Both the position numbers and the translations under genes were made by a program. A model generated the notes under the pieces. That model saw only the letters and a list, made by a program, of their open reading frames with translations. It ran no database searches and was not told where the DNA came from. 56,831 nucleotides of DNA, from the IMG/VR virus record IMGVR_UViG_3300012929_000004, one strand, 5' to 3'. This DNA comes from a virus. This document shows positions 15,957-25,617 of this stretch, in pieces. Position 1 is the first letter of the stretch. Every line of letters begins with the position of its first letter.

Positions 15957-16715
15957 ATGACTATTTTAACCAATTTATCCCCCGCAGCATCCTACGGCGA
16001 CCTTATTACTTGCACCAATAACGGCGGTGGCCTAACGAGCACTTTACAGAATATCCAAGATGGTTTGGGTAATAACAGCGCTATTCAATTATCAACCACT
16101 ACGCTGAACGTATCGGGTACTTTCCAAGTAGGGGGCGTGACATTGGCAACGACTGGTGGTGCATTTGTATTACCAAGCTTAGCCGCAGACCCAGGCTCAC
16201 CAGTGAACGGTATGGAATATTACAACACTGTGTTAGGCGTCATCCGTGAATACATTAATGGCACTTGGTTTAGCGCTGGTGCTACCACTGGCTTTAGATA
16301 TGTAACCGGCACTATTACCACAGCGAACATTTTAGCGATGAATGGGGCTGCGGTTGCTATTCCTGGGCTACCAGCACCAGGGGCCGGCATGATGTATGTG
16401 ATTAATTCATTTGCCTTAGAGCTTACTTTTAACAGTGTTGCTTATGCGAATGGTGGCGTGGTGTTCTTACAGTATGGCTCTGGTGCTGCAACGACTGCTA
16501 ATTCAGCAACACCTATTGCAGGGACTGGCGTTACTGCCGCGGTGGTTAATTCTGGTTCTAGCGATATTGGTAGCACTTCTGGTCAAACCGTTGGAATCAC
16601 ATCGCTTAACGCCGCTAACAAGCAAATGTTTATCACTAACAACACGGTACCATTTATCACTGGCAATAGTGGCGCTACCTATTACATTTGGTATTCCATT
16701 ATTCCTGTTACTTAA
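15957..16715 (+). CDS. Short tail-fibre-like protein, paralogue of 12469..13188
   Basis: Shares the FVLPS...NGM.YYNT...W segment and the C-terminal domain ending YYIWYSIIPV (compare WYIWFRVIPT). Confidence 0.65.
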   Translation: MTILTNLSPAASYGDLITCTNNGGGLTSTLQNIQDGLGNNSAIQLSTTTLNVSGTFQVGGVTLATTGGAFVLPSLAADPGSPVNGMEYYNTVLGVIREYINGTWFSAGATTGFRYVTGTITTANILAMNGAAVAIPGLPAPGAGMMYVINSFALELTFNSVAYANGGVVFLQYGSGAATTANSATPIAGTGVTAAVVNSGSSDIGSTSGQTVGITSLNAANKQMFITNNTVPFITGNSGATYYIWYSIIPVT

Positions 16716-16733
16716 TATTTTTCGAGGAAAGTT

Positions 16734-19700
16734 ATGATTAATTTAGTATCGCCAACCACGTTCACGACTGCGGTTTTGATTGCAGATACCTTTAACGCAC
16801 CAAGGGGCTCTGTGGATTCTATTCGTACCATTACGCAAGTGGGAACACAAGCTGCAAGTGTCGCGTTAGAAATACAGTCTGTTCTTGGGGCACTGCTGGT
16901 TTCAAGAATGACGACTACGCAAAAGCTTGCATTGACGCCCGCTAATGGAATGATGATTTACGATATTACTTTAAACGAGTTTTCCTTCTATGAAGCAGGT
17001 GCATGGGTAAATATTCCTACCACTACCGTATCATCCATAACGGCGGCAGCACCAAACTTAACAGGTGGCACGATTACGTCTACCGGCACTATCGGGCTTA
17101 ATCCTGTATTAATAGGATTAACCGCCATTACCGTTGGTAATATTACTCTGCAAAACAATTCCATCGCGGCTACTAATCTTAATGAATCATTGGTTTTTAC
17201 ATCTAACGGCACCGGTACCAATGATTTTATCGGGACAGTTCAATATCAGCATGGCTTCACAGGGTTTCAGGATAACGTTAACAATATCGCTGCCGGCACT
17301 TTTGATTATCAAGTGTTATCAACCGATAGCGTATTACTGCCAAACACAACGATAAATGCGGTTACTTTAGTATTGCCAGCCAATCCTTCAACGGGACAGA
17401 CTTACAAGATTATTGACGCTGATGGTAATGCATCTTCATATAATGTTTACCTAAATGGCAATGGGGAACTGATTAATTTCGTATTGCCTATCGTTACCAG
17501 AACCATTGCAACTGGCTCTAGCCCTACCGCTATTGCTGTAACGCCTGATGGTACTCAGGTTTATATTACTGACCATGGCGCTACAAGTGCTAACGTCACT
17601 ATCCTAACGGGTGCTTCTACGACACCCACTGTATTGACTACTCTGAATGCGGCAACTACACCTAGTGATGTTGCGATATCAGCTGACGGAACAACGGCAG
17701 GTGTTGTAAATACTGGTAGCAATAGTGTCACATTTATCACCGGTGTATCGACAGCGACGCCTACCATATTGGCAGCAGGTGTTACCGTGGGAACGTCTCC
17801 TCAGCATATTGTTATTACCAGCACGTCTGCTCATGCGTTGGTGACTAACCTTACTACTAATGATGTCTCAGTAATAACAGCGGTGACTACAGCGCCAGCC
17901 GTCTCGGCTACTGTAACTTTAAGTCCGACCGGTTTAGCGCCAAATGCTATTGCGCTTACGCCAAGCTCTAACAGAGCCTTTGTATGTAATACGGGTAGCT
18001 CTAACGTATCGGTATTAATCAATGCTGATACTGATACGCCTACAGTTGGGTTTACTGTACCAATGGGAACCGCACCACAAGACCCTAATGTGATAGCGAT
18101 TACACCTGATGGAAGTAGGGCCTACGTGGGAAATGCTGCCGGCAACATTACCTCTATATCAAACGCCACGACGGGAACGCCTTCTGTAGGGCCAGTTTTT
18201 AATTTACCTGCTGGTTCATTTCCTACTGCTATCGCGATATCACCTAATGGGGACTATGTTTACGTAGCGAGTAGCACAACAAATCTAATTACGGTTATAA
18301 ATGCTGCTTCATCAAGCTCGCCAACATTTCAGCAGAATATTATAATTGGAACCGCTGTTCATTCAATGGTGTTTTCACCAGACAATAATTTTATTTACAT
18401 ATCAGACCAGAACGACGGCATTGTCTATGTTTTCCAAGATGCTGCGTCGCCTAATCCCACGTTATTGGAAGCGGTCTCAACGTTCTCCAATAGCGGTAGC
18501 GGTCTTTTAGCTATTACCCCTAATGGCGTTAATGTATTTGTAACGGATGCAAACGCAAATGCAGTTGCAGTGATTAAGGGCGCAGCATCGCCAACGCTTC
18601 CAACGCTTGGCACGGCTGTTACGGTGGGTACTAATCCTTTTGGTATCGCAATCACGCCTAACGGTCAGCATCTTTACACGGCAAATTTTGGCGCTAATAC
18701 AGTATCACGCGTCTTTAATCCCGACACAGCAACACCAACCGTATTAACGCCCGCCTTAACGGTAGGAACGCACCCTCAACGTCTATTGGTAACGCCAGAT
18801 GGTGGCTTCTTATACGTATCTAACGATACTACTAATTGCCCTGTGACTGTTTTTAGAGATGCTTCTACCATAAATCCGATACTGGTAACGACACTGTCGT
18901 CTGTTGCGTGGTCGGGAGTAGCGGACTTAAAAGTAACGCCTAATGGAGTTTTTGTTTACGTAGTTAATCAAACGTCTCATAATCTAGGGGTTATTCAGAA
19001 TGCCAATACGACCAACCCAACAGTAGCGATGACCCTAGCTTTGCCTGGCGTTACCACAACTGGCTTCATGGCTATTACGCCGAATGGTAATTATGCTTAT
19101 GTGACTAACGCTGGAACTAATAATATTTCCGTTATTCAGAACGTTTCCACCGCAGCCCCAAGCGTACTAACTACCTTGCCTGCCGGTACAAACCCAGAGG
19201 CAGCAGCAATTACACCGGATGGGAATTTCGTCTATGTAACAAACGGTACTTCAGCCAATGTGACTGTTATACAAAACGCTTCAACGAATACGCCTACCGT
19301 ATTAACCACGATACCTGCTGGCGCCGGTGCAGCAGGTGTTAGCATATCGCCCAATGGAAATTTTGTCTATGTCAGCAATGCTAATGCCGGTACGATAACG
19401 GTTATCCAAAATGCTGATACAGCTTCACCTAGTGTGTTGGCAACGCTTACTCTTGCTGTAGGTGCAACGCCAGATGTCGTCGTGTTTACGTCACAAGGTA
19501 ATTTTGCCTACGTTAATAACACAAACGATGACACTGTCGTTGTTATTCAAAATGCGCAATCTGGTTCACCATCAGTATTGACGACACTAACTGGCGGCGG
19601 AATGTCAGGTATATTCGCCCTTGCTTTTACTCCCGATGGGCATTATGGCTACGTAGCGAACGGCTCTGCCAGTACTTTGTCCGTCATCGTAAATGGTAAC

Positions 19701-19778
19701 GTGGAATTCCCGCTTATCACCAGTAACTTTGGTGCTAAGAATGTCATCTTTAATGGCTTTGACTGGAGTGTCTATTAA
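16734..19778 (+). CDS. Tail fibre / receptor-binding protein with 16 YVTN-like beta-propeller repeats
   Basis: Has the conserved fibre N-terminus and an NLTGGTITSTGTIGL module. Sixteen repeats of about 45 aa of the type IAITPDG.F.YVTN...N.VSVI follow. Confidence 0.8.
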   Translation: MINLVSPTTFTTAVLIADTFNAPRGSVDSIRTITQVGTQAASVALEIQSVLGALLVSRMTTTQKLALTPANGMMIYDITLNEFSFYEAGAWVNIPTTTVSSITAAAPNLTGGTITSTGTIGLNPVLIGLTAITVGNITLQNNSIAATNLNESLVFTSNGTGTNDFIGTVQYQHGFTGFQDNVNNIAAGTFDYQVLSTDSVLLPNTTINAVTLVLPANPSTGQTYKIIDADGNASSYNVYLNGNGELINFVLPIVTRTIATGSSPTAIAVTPDGTQVYITDHGATSANVTILTGASTTPTVLTTLNAATTPSDVAISADGTTAGVVNTGSNSVTFITGVSTATPTILAAGVTVGTSPQHIVITSTSAHALVTNLTTNDVSVITAVTTAPAVSATVTLSPTGLAPNAIALTPSSNRAFVCNTGSSNVSVLINADTDTPTVGFTVPMGTAPQDPNVIAITPDGSRAYVGNAAGNITSISNATTGTPSVGPVFNLPAGSFPTAIAISPNGDYVYVASSTTNLITVINAASSSSPTFQQNIIIGTAVHSMVFSPDNNFIYISDQNDGIVYVFQDAASPNPTLLEAVSTFSNSGSGLLAITPNGVNVFVTDANANAVAVIKGAASPTLPTLGTAVTVGTNPFGIAITPNGQHLYTANFGANTVSRVFNPDTATPTVLTPALTVGTHPQRLLVTPDGGFLYVSNDTTNCPVTVFRDASTINPILVTTLSSVAWSGVADLKVTPNGVFVYVVNQTSHNLGVIQNANTTNPTVAMTLALPGVTTTGFMAITPNGNYAYVTNAGTNNISVIQNVSTAAPSVLTTLPAGTNPEAAAITPDGNFVYVTNGTSANVTVIQNASTNTPTVLTTIPAGAGAAGVSISPNGNFVYVSNANAGTITVIQNADTASPSVLATLTLAVGATPDVVVFTSQGNFAYVNNTNDDTVVVIQNAQSGSPSVLTTLTGGGMSGIFALAFTPDGHYGYVANGSASTLSVIVNGNVEFPLITSNFGAKNVIFNGFDWSVY

Positions 19779-19780
19779 TA

Positions 19781-21256
19781 ATGATTAACTTCAAGTCGCC
19801 AACAACTTTCACCACAGCAATGCTGGTAGCGGACACCTACGACAATGCTAGTGGCTCTGTAGATTCCGTTCCGACATTAACGCAAGTTGGCTTGCAGTCA
19901 GCAAGCGTCGCGCTAGAAATACAGTCAACATTAGGCGCCTTGTTATTACCACGTATGACAACCGTGCAGAAGCTTGCTTTAACGGCTACTAACGGCATGA
20001 TGGTATACGATACTACACTAGGCGCTACTTACAATTATGCAAGTGGAATATGGGCAACCTTTGGTGGCTCTGTTACTCAGATTAATACAGGTACCGGCTT
20101 AACCGGTGGACCGATTTCAACAATAGGCACTATCAGTATTGCTAATACAGCGGTGACACCTGGGTCTTATACGGCCGCTACTATTACCGTCAATGCACAA
20201 GGGCAGTTAACGGCGGCTTCTACGGGAACAACCGCTGTTACGCCAGGTTCTTATACTTATACGAGCTTAACGGTAAATGCGACAGGGCAGCTGACAGCGG
20301 CATCAAGCGGTGTATCGCCAGTGACGTCAATTACCGCTGGAACTAATCTTACTGGTGGAACGATTACTTCCACAGGAACCATTGCATTAAGTGCTACACC
20401 GAGCGGTTTAACATCTATTGGTGTCGGTAACTTTTCAATCTCAGCGAATACGATTTCAACCAGCTCAGGTGCGATTACATTAGCGCCTAATTCAACGGTT
20501 ACTAATATTACCGGTTCATTAGAAGTTACCACCACTATTAATACGGGCTCTTTTTATAAGATAGGCACTAATCGAGTTTTTGACGTTATTAATGGTGGGG
20601 TTGTCACAAACAATAATACTTTCGTAGGGTATCAGTGCGGTAATGTGACGTTGAGTGGAACCAATAACACAGCTCTTGGACAAGGTGCGGCGCTCGCTTT
20701 CACGACAGGGGCTAATTGCACTGCTATCGGGCAAGGTGCTATGGGGACTACAACTGGCGGGTCAAGCAATACGGCTGTTGGGCAAAACGCTCTGCCTTTA
20801 GGCGCTAATGAAAGAACTGTCGCCATTGGTACTTCGGCTTTTGGAAATGTAGCCCCAAATAGATGCACAGGGGTTGGGCATCAAGTATTTTTAAATGGGG
20901 GTGGTTCCTTTAATGTAGCGATAGGGCACACTGCCGGAATTAATTATGGAGGAGGTCTCAGCGTCATTATCGGAGAAGGCGCTGGGTCTCAGGGTAATAA
21001 TAATAATACTCTTGTTGGTCAAGCCGCTAGTCTTGATGCTTCTGCGAGAAATAATTGCACTGTGCTCGGTAAGTCTGCCACTTCAATAAATACGCTTGGT
21101 GACGGCCAATTCGTTATTGGTTCATCAGGAACTCCATTGCTAACCTCCACCACTGCGACAACAGGTGTATTAGCTGCGTTACCAGCGCTGCCAGCTCTTT
21201 ACTTAATCGTGGTTCTTAATGGCACTCAATACAAGATGCCTTTATATAATCCTTAA
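19781..21256 (+). CDS. Tail fibre with Hep/Hag-like (YadA-head-like) repeats
   Basis: Shares the fibre N-terminus. Carries the tandem AVTPGSYT..TVNA.GQLTAAS repeat and the TAGTNLTGGTITSTGTIAL module. Its C-terminal half has NTALGQGA/NCTAIGQGA/NTAVGQNA/VAIGTSA/VAIGHTA repeats. Confidence 0.75.
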   Translation: MINFKSPTTFTTAMLVADTYDNASGSVDSVPTLTQVGLQSASVALEIQSTLGALLLPRMTTVQKLALTATNGMMVYDTTLGATYNYASGIWATFGGSVTQINTGTGLTGGPISTIGTISIANTAVTPGSYTAATITVNAQGQLTAASTGTTAVTPGSYTYTSLTVNATGQLTAASSGVSPVTSITAGTNLTGGTITSTGTIALSATPSGLTSIGVGNFSISANTISTSSGAITLAPNSTVTNITGSLEVTTTINTGSFYKIGTNRVFDVINGGVVTNNNTFVGYQCGNVTLSGTNNTALGQGAALAFTTGANCTAIGQGAMGTTTGGSSNTAVGQNALPLGANERTVAIGTSAFGNVAPNRCTGVGHQVFLNGGGSFNVAIGHTAGINYGGGLSVIIGEGAGSQGNNNNTLVGQAASLDASARNNCTVLGKSATSINTLGDGQFVIGSSGTPLLTSTTATTGVLAALPALPALYLIVVLNGTQYKMPLYNP

Positions 21257-21274
21257 TGGTTGGAGGGCGTCAAC

Positions 21275-21772
21275 ATGACAATGACAGTAGCACTTAAAAA
21301 AGATTACATAGACGCTAATGCTGAAAAGTTTTTGTCAGGATTTACTGTTGGGAATGATAAAGATTGCTGGGAATGGCAGGCGGGCTGTTATAAAGATGGT
21401 TATGGCGGCATTAATATTAAAGGACAAAAAAAAAGAACCGTTAAAGCTCATCGATATTCGTATGAATACTTTATTGGACCCATTCCTCAAGGTATGTGCG
21501 TCATGCACAAGTGCGACAACCCTAAATGTATTAACCCATCTCATTTATCCGTCGGAACACATTTGCAAAATATGCGCGACCGAGATAGCAAAAGAAGAAG
21601 TCCGTTTGGTGAAAACCATCCCAACGCTAAGCTGACCGAAGCTAAGGTTTTAGAAATTAAATCATTATTAAACGATGGCGAATCTTTGATGTCGGTCTCT
21701 TTAAAATACGGGGTCCACAAATCTCATATTTACAGCATAAAGTCTGGTTTAAGATGGAGCCACGTATCATGA
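21275..21772 (+). CDS. HNH homing endonuclease (HNH_3-like with C-terminal HTH)
   Basis: DCWEW...GYG...HRYSYE...MHKCDNPKCINPSHLSVGTHLQN. SD ggaggg precedes the ATG at 21275. Confidence 0.85.
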   Translation: MTMTVALKKDYIDANAEKFLSGFTVGNDKDCWEWQAGCYKDGYGGINIKGQKKRTVKAHRYSYEYFIGPIPQGMCVMHKCDNPKCINPSHLSVGTHLQNMRDRDSKRRSPFGENHPNAKLTEAKVLEIKSLLNDGESLMSVSLKYGVHKSHIYSIKSGLRWSHVS

Positions 21773-22401
21773 CAATGACGTACTCATCATTATTTAATCA
21801 AGTACTCAGCTATCTTGACCGTACAGATATAGATACCACTAATCAAGTTGCAAATTTTATTTTCCAGGCGCAGCAGAGAATTGCGCGTGACACTAAGACT
21901 CTTGGTCTTGAAGTATACGCTACCGGTTTATTAACGCCTGGGGTTGCAGTTTATGCCAAGCCTGCTAATTGGCGCAGAAACATAACATTTAATGTTGGAA
22001 CCGGTTCCACCAATAATGCCAGAAGCCCTGTACTATTAAGAAGTTATGAATTTCTTATCAATTATTGGCCAAACAGGACCTTAACGGCAACACCTTTATA
22101 TTACTGCGATTACGGTTATAGTAATTATTTATTAGCGCCAACCCCTGATGCTGCATATCCATTTGAGTTTAGCTTTTTAGAGCTGCCAACCCCAATCACA
22201 CCGCTTAACCAAACGAATTGGCTTACTAATTTCGCACCTGATGTTCTTCTGTATGCTACGCTTTTGGAAGCAACTCCATACCTGAAGGACGATGAAAGAT
22301 TGGGTATGTGGGAGGACCAATACAAGAAACGTATTGATTCACTCAACGGACAAGATGACCAACGTGTATACGACCGTCAGTCAAATAGGAGCGCAGACTG
22401 A
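21769..22401 (+). CDS. Head-tail adaptor-like protein (candidate)
   Basis: The ATG overlaps the HNH stop (ATGA). The N-terminal pattern Y..L...VL.YLDR.D......FI..AQ.RI.RD recalls adaptor/connector families. Confidence 0.55.
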   Translation: MTMTYSSLFNQVLSYLDRTDIDTTNQVANFIFQAQQRIARDTKTLGLEVYATGLLTPGVAVYAKPANWRRNITFNVGTGSTNNARSPVLLRSYEFLINYWPNRTLTATPLYYCDYGYSNYLLAPTPDAAYPFEFSFLELPTPITPLNQTNWLTNFAPDVLLYATLLEATPYLKDDERLGMWEDQYKKRIDSLNGQDDQRVYDRQSNRSAD

Positions 22402-24068
22402 TGGCCGTTCCTGATAAAATTTATCCTTTCAGTATGCACCCTGGCGTTCAAAGGGATGGTACGCAATTTTCATCCCAAGCTTTTATTGACGGCCAGTGGT
22501 GTCGCTGGTACCGCCAACTTCCTAAAAAGATGGGTGGCTTTGTTCAGATTACCAATCAGATTAATAATATCCCACGAGGAATCTTTGTCACGCCTAATAC
22601 GCCAAACTTTGACGTCTATATCGGCGATGCTGATAGTTTAAACTTTATTACGATTGACCCAACGGGCGCGCCGGTATCGAACCTGCAAGACCGTACACCT
22701 GCTTTCTTTCAAGCAGACGCTAATAATCTCTGGTCATTCGACGTGATGTTCTCAACCGTTGATAATGGGTCTATTCTCATTGCGCACGCAGCACCTAATC
22801 TAGCTAGCATTGAAAACACCGTTGAGCGCCCTGTTTATTTTGGAGAGCTTGGCACCAATACCCCCTTAACACCTACCGGATTCACTACCGCTGGCGGCAT
22901 TGTCGTATTACATCCCTTCTTGTTTATCTTCGACATTAACGGTGGCGTTATCTGGACCAATGCAAATGACCCCACCACAGAGCTTGGTTCTGCGCGCGTC
23001 ACTGCTTCAAAAATAGTACAGGGACTATCGGCACGCGCTGGTAATACGTCTCCTGGTGGCTTGCTATGGAGCTTAGATAGCGTCATTCGTGTAACCCAAG
23101 TGGGAACAGCAGCGATTGAATTCGCATTCGATACCATTACCTCTGAAAGCTCAATCCTGAGTTCGCAATCGGTGATTGAATACGATGGTGTTTATTATTG
23201 GGCTGGTGTTGACCGTTTCTTATTTTATGATGGTATTGTTCGCGAACTACCAAATTCCATGTCGTTACGTTTCTTTTTTACTAATTTAAATTTTGCACAA
23301 CGCCAAAAAGTGTGGGCTACAAAAGTCGCTGAATTTGGTGAAATCTGGTGGCACTTTCCTTTTGGTAATAGCGTAGAATGTAATCATGCAATCGTTTACA
23401 ACATCCGCGAAAAAACTTGGTATGACACTGCTATTAATCGCTCTGATGGTTATTTTGACCAGACTTTTGCCTTCCCTGTCTGGGCTGGGAATTCACAGAA
23501 TTCTTTTAGCGCGACTCTTACTTGGTCTCAGATAACCTCGCCTGTCTGGCATCTACTAACCGACTTAAGCTTTTTTGCCTTTGGCCTGGCTGACAATTAT
23601 TCCATCTGGATGCATGAAAATGGTGTTGACCAAAATATTAATGGCAACCTCACTGCGATTGAATCACATTTTGAATCTGGCAATATTGCTTGGGTCGCCT
23701 TTGACCCTAATTCTCAGCGCAAAGAAATAGACCGCTGGGTTTATCTGTATCGTGTCGAACCTGACTTTGTGCAATCCGGTAATCTTACGCTTGTTGTTAA
23801 TGGTCGAGAATATGCACGTTCACCCGTCGTGAGCTCAACGCAAACTTGGCCTCTTTGGGATAGCTACGTTTGGTCGCAAATCCCTATAAATTTAGTGCCA
23901 AATTGGTCCACCTGGGGTGATTACGTGTTTGATGCAAATAGCGTTAAAATAGACATGCGCGAACAACGACGCGAAATGACTTTAAAATTCCATAGTTTCA
24001 GCATTGGCGGAGATTATGAAATGGGCCAAACCTTATTGGTGGCCAGAATCGGGGACGCAAGACAATGA
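22401..24068 (+). CDS. Large virion structural protein (tail tube/nozzle candidate)
   Basis: 555 aa with TGATG coupling. Called from position only. Confidence 0.6.
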   Translation: MAVPDKIYPFSMHPGVQRDGTQFSSQAFIDGQWCRWYRQLPKKMGGFVQITNQINNIPRGIFVTPNTPNFDVYIGDADSLNFITIDPTGAPVSNLQDRTPAFFQADANNLWSFDVMFSTVDNGSILIAHAAPNLASIENTVERPVYFGELGTNTPLTPTGFTTAGGIVVLHPFLFIFDINGGVIWTNANDPTTELGSARVTASKIVQGLSARAGNTSPGGLLWSLDSVIRVTQVGTAAIEFAFDTITSESSILSSQSVIEYDGVYYWAGVDRFLFYDGIVRELPNSMSLRFFFTNLNFAQRQKVWATKVAEFGEIWWHFPFGNSVECNHAIVYNIREKTWYDTAINRSDGYFDQTFAFPVWAGNSQNSFSATLTWSQITSPVWHLLTDLSFFAFGLADNYSIWMHENGVDQNINGNLTAIESHFESGNIAWVAFDPNSQRKEIDRWVYLYRVEPDFVQSGNLTLVVNGREYARSPVVSSTQTWPLWDSYVWSQIPINLVPNWSTWGDYVFDANSVKIDMREQRREMTLKFHSFSIGGDYEMGQTLLVARIGDARQ

Positions 24069-24292
24069 TGATGCCGATAAATACAGACTTACAGACTTGG
24101 GGTGCATCCTTAGTGATTGACTTCCCGAACGATAACGTTCCGCTGTACTTCACTGGGGATGACTGGCGGACTTGGGGAAACATGCTAAGGCAAGAGAATA
24201 CTTTTGCGAATAACGGCGTTCCAGGTACAGAGCATTATCCAGAGTGGACCGAATGGGCATTAGCAGTTTATAGACAGATGGCAAATTTTTAA
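24065..24292 (+). CDS. Hypothetical W-rich small protein
   Basis: 75 aa with ATGA coupling. Confidence 0.5.
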   Translation: MMMPINTDLQTWGASLVIDFPNDNVPLYFTGDDWRTWGNMLRQENTFANNGVPGTEHYPEWTEWALAVYRQMANF

Positions 24293-24307
24293 CAAAGGAG
24301 AAGGAAT

Positions 24308-25078
24308 ATGGGATTTTTTGGAGATTTATGGGGCGGCGTGAAGTCAGGTCTTAGCTCACTTGCACCTATTGCAGGGACTCTCTTGGGTGGCGCTTATGGC
24401 GGACCCGGCGGGGCTATGATGGGCAGTCAATTAGGAGGCGCTGTAGGCAATCTGTTTGGCGGTGGTGGCCAACAAGAGCAACCACAACAACAACAGCCGC
24501 AACAACCTAATGTAGGTGGCGCTATCACTAATGGGATGAATAGCTATATCCCTCAGCAGATGCAGAACCAGACTTTTGGGCAAATGGGGCAAAATATGCA
24601 GAACCGGGCTGGTAATGCGATGAATCGCTTCCTGGGCCCTGAAGCCGGACAAGCAGGTCTTGGGCAAGCGCTTAGTGGTGCAGCTGGGCAGTTCTTAGGG
24701 AATCGCTTTGGGGGAATGATGCCTCAGGGTTGGCAGAATCAGAGCCTTGGTGGCTTAACACAGCAAGCGGGTGATTATGCGCAAAGCATGATGCCACAAA
24801 TGCCTCAAGGTGGTGGTTTTGGCGGTGGCCAAGGCTTCCAAGAAATGGGCGGCAATGCCATGAACAGCATGATGCCTTCTGAGTTTGGTCAAGCGGGCGT
24901 TGGTAATGCGATGTCTAATGCCATGGGTAACTATATGGGCAACCGTATGGGCGGTCGTGGTGGTCGTCGCGCTTATGCTGCTGGTGGTTATGCGCAGGGT
25001 GGTCATCCGATGCCTAATCTTCGAGAGATGATGGAGTTGCTTCCGCCCCCACAACAAATGCCCATGATGGCGCACTAA
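24308..25078 (+). CDS. G/Q/M/N-rich low-complexity protein (internal virion/ejection candidate)
   Basis: Strong SD aaggagaagg. Ends with YAAGGYAQGGHPMP, a motif shared with 7214..8302. Confidence 0.6.
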   Translation: MGFFGDLWGGVKSGLSSLAPIAGTLLGGAYGGPGGAMMGSQLGGAVGNLFGGGGQQEQPQQQQPQQPNVGGAITNGMNSYIPQQMQNQTFGQMGQNMQNRAGNAMNRFLGPEAGQAGLGQALSGAAGQFLGNRFGGMMPQGWQNQSLGGLTQQAGDYAQSMMPQMPQGGGFGGGQGFQEMGGNAMNSMMPSEFGQAGVGNAMSNAMGNYMGNRMGGRGGRRAYAAGGYAQGGHPMPNLREMMELLPPPQQMPMMAH

Positions 25079-25617
25079 TGTTTGGGCAACTGTTAGAGCT
25101 ATTGCGCACCTTAGCGCCTCATCTACAAGGGGGCGCTAATCCGCTTGCGGCATTTACCCCACAGATGCAGCAACAGCAGCATCCTAAATATGCTCATGGG
25201 GGTCTCGTTAACCATCGGCACTTAGGACATATCAAATTGTCTGATAGTGGTGGGCAAGCGGATGACATTCATATGCGAATACCTGAGGGCTCATACGTGG
25301 CGAATGCGACGGATTTATCGCTCTTAGGAGATGGTAGTACTGATAACGGCGTGAAACGTATACAGGACTTTGAAGCAAAGTTTACTAAGAGCGGTATTCA
25401 TCGGCCTTATGAAGATAAGTTGATTGACGCGAAGGTATCTAATGATGAATATGTTATCAGCCCCAGCACGATTGATGCGCTAGGTAAGGGCGATAACAAG
25501 AAGGGCGCCAAGGTGATGGATAGGTTACGTAAGAACTTGCGCAAACAGAAAGGCGTTAAAGCGATATTACCGCCTAAGACTAAAGATATTCATAGTTATA
25601 TGAAAGGAGGTAAATAA
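25078..25617 (+). CDS. Internal virion protein candidate (KYAHGGLV motif)
   Basis: TAATG coupling, 179 aa. Confidence 0.6.
   Translation: MFGQLLELLRTLAPHLQGGANPLAAFTPQMQQQQHPKYAHGGLVNHRHLGHIKLSDSGGQADDIHMRIPEGSYVANATDLSLLGDGSTDNGVKRIQDFEAKFTKSGIHRPYEDKLIDAKVSNDEYVISPSTIDALGKGDNKKGAKVMDRLRKNLRKQKGVKAILPPKTKDIHSYMKGGK

Noticed and set aside
16435-16737. 100-aa overlapping plus-strand ORF (hydrophobic, L-rich) at the end of the short fibre gene, considered as an overprinted gene.
   Set aside because: It has no SD, it is the +1 frame of a T/A/G-rich fibre gene (which naturally yields L-rich frames), and no conservation evidence is available. It stays formally untested.
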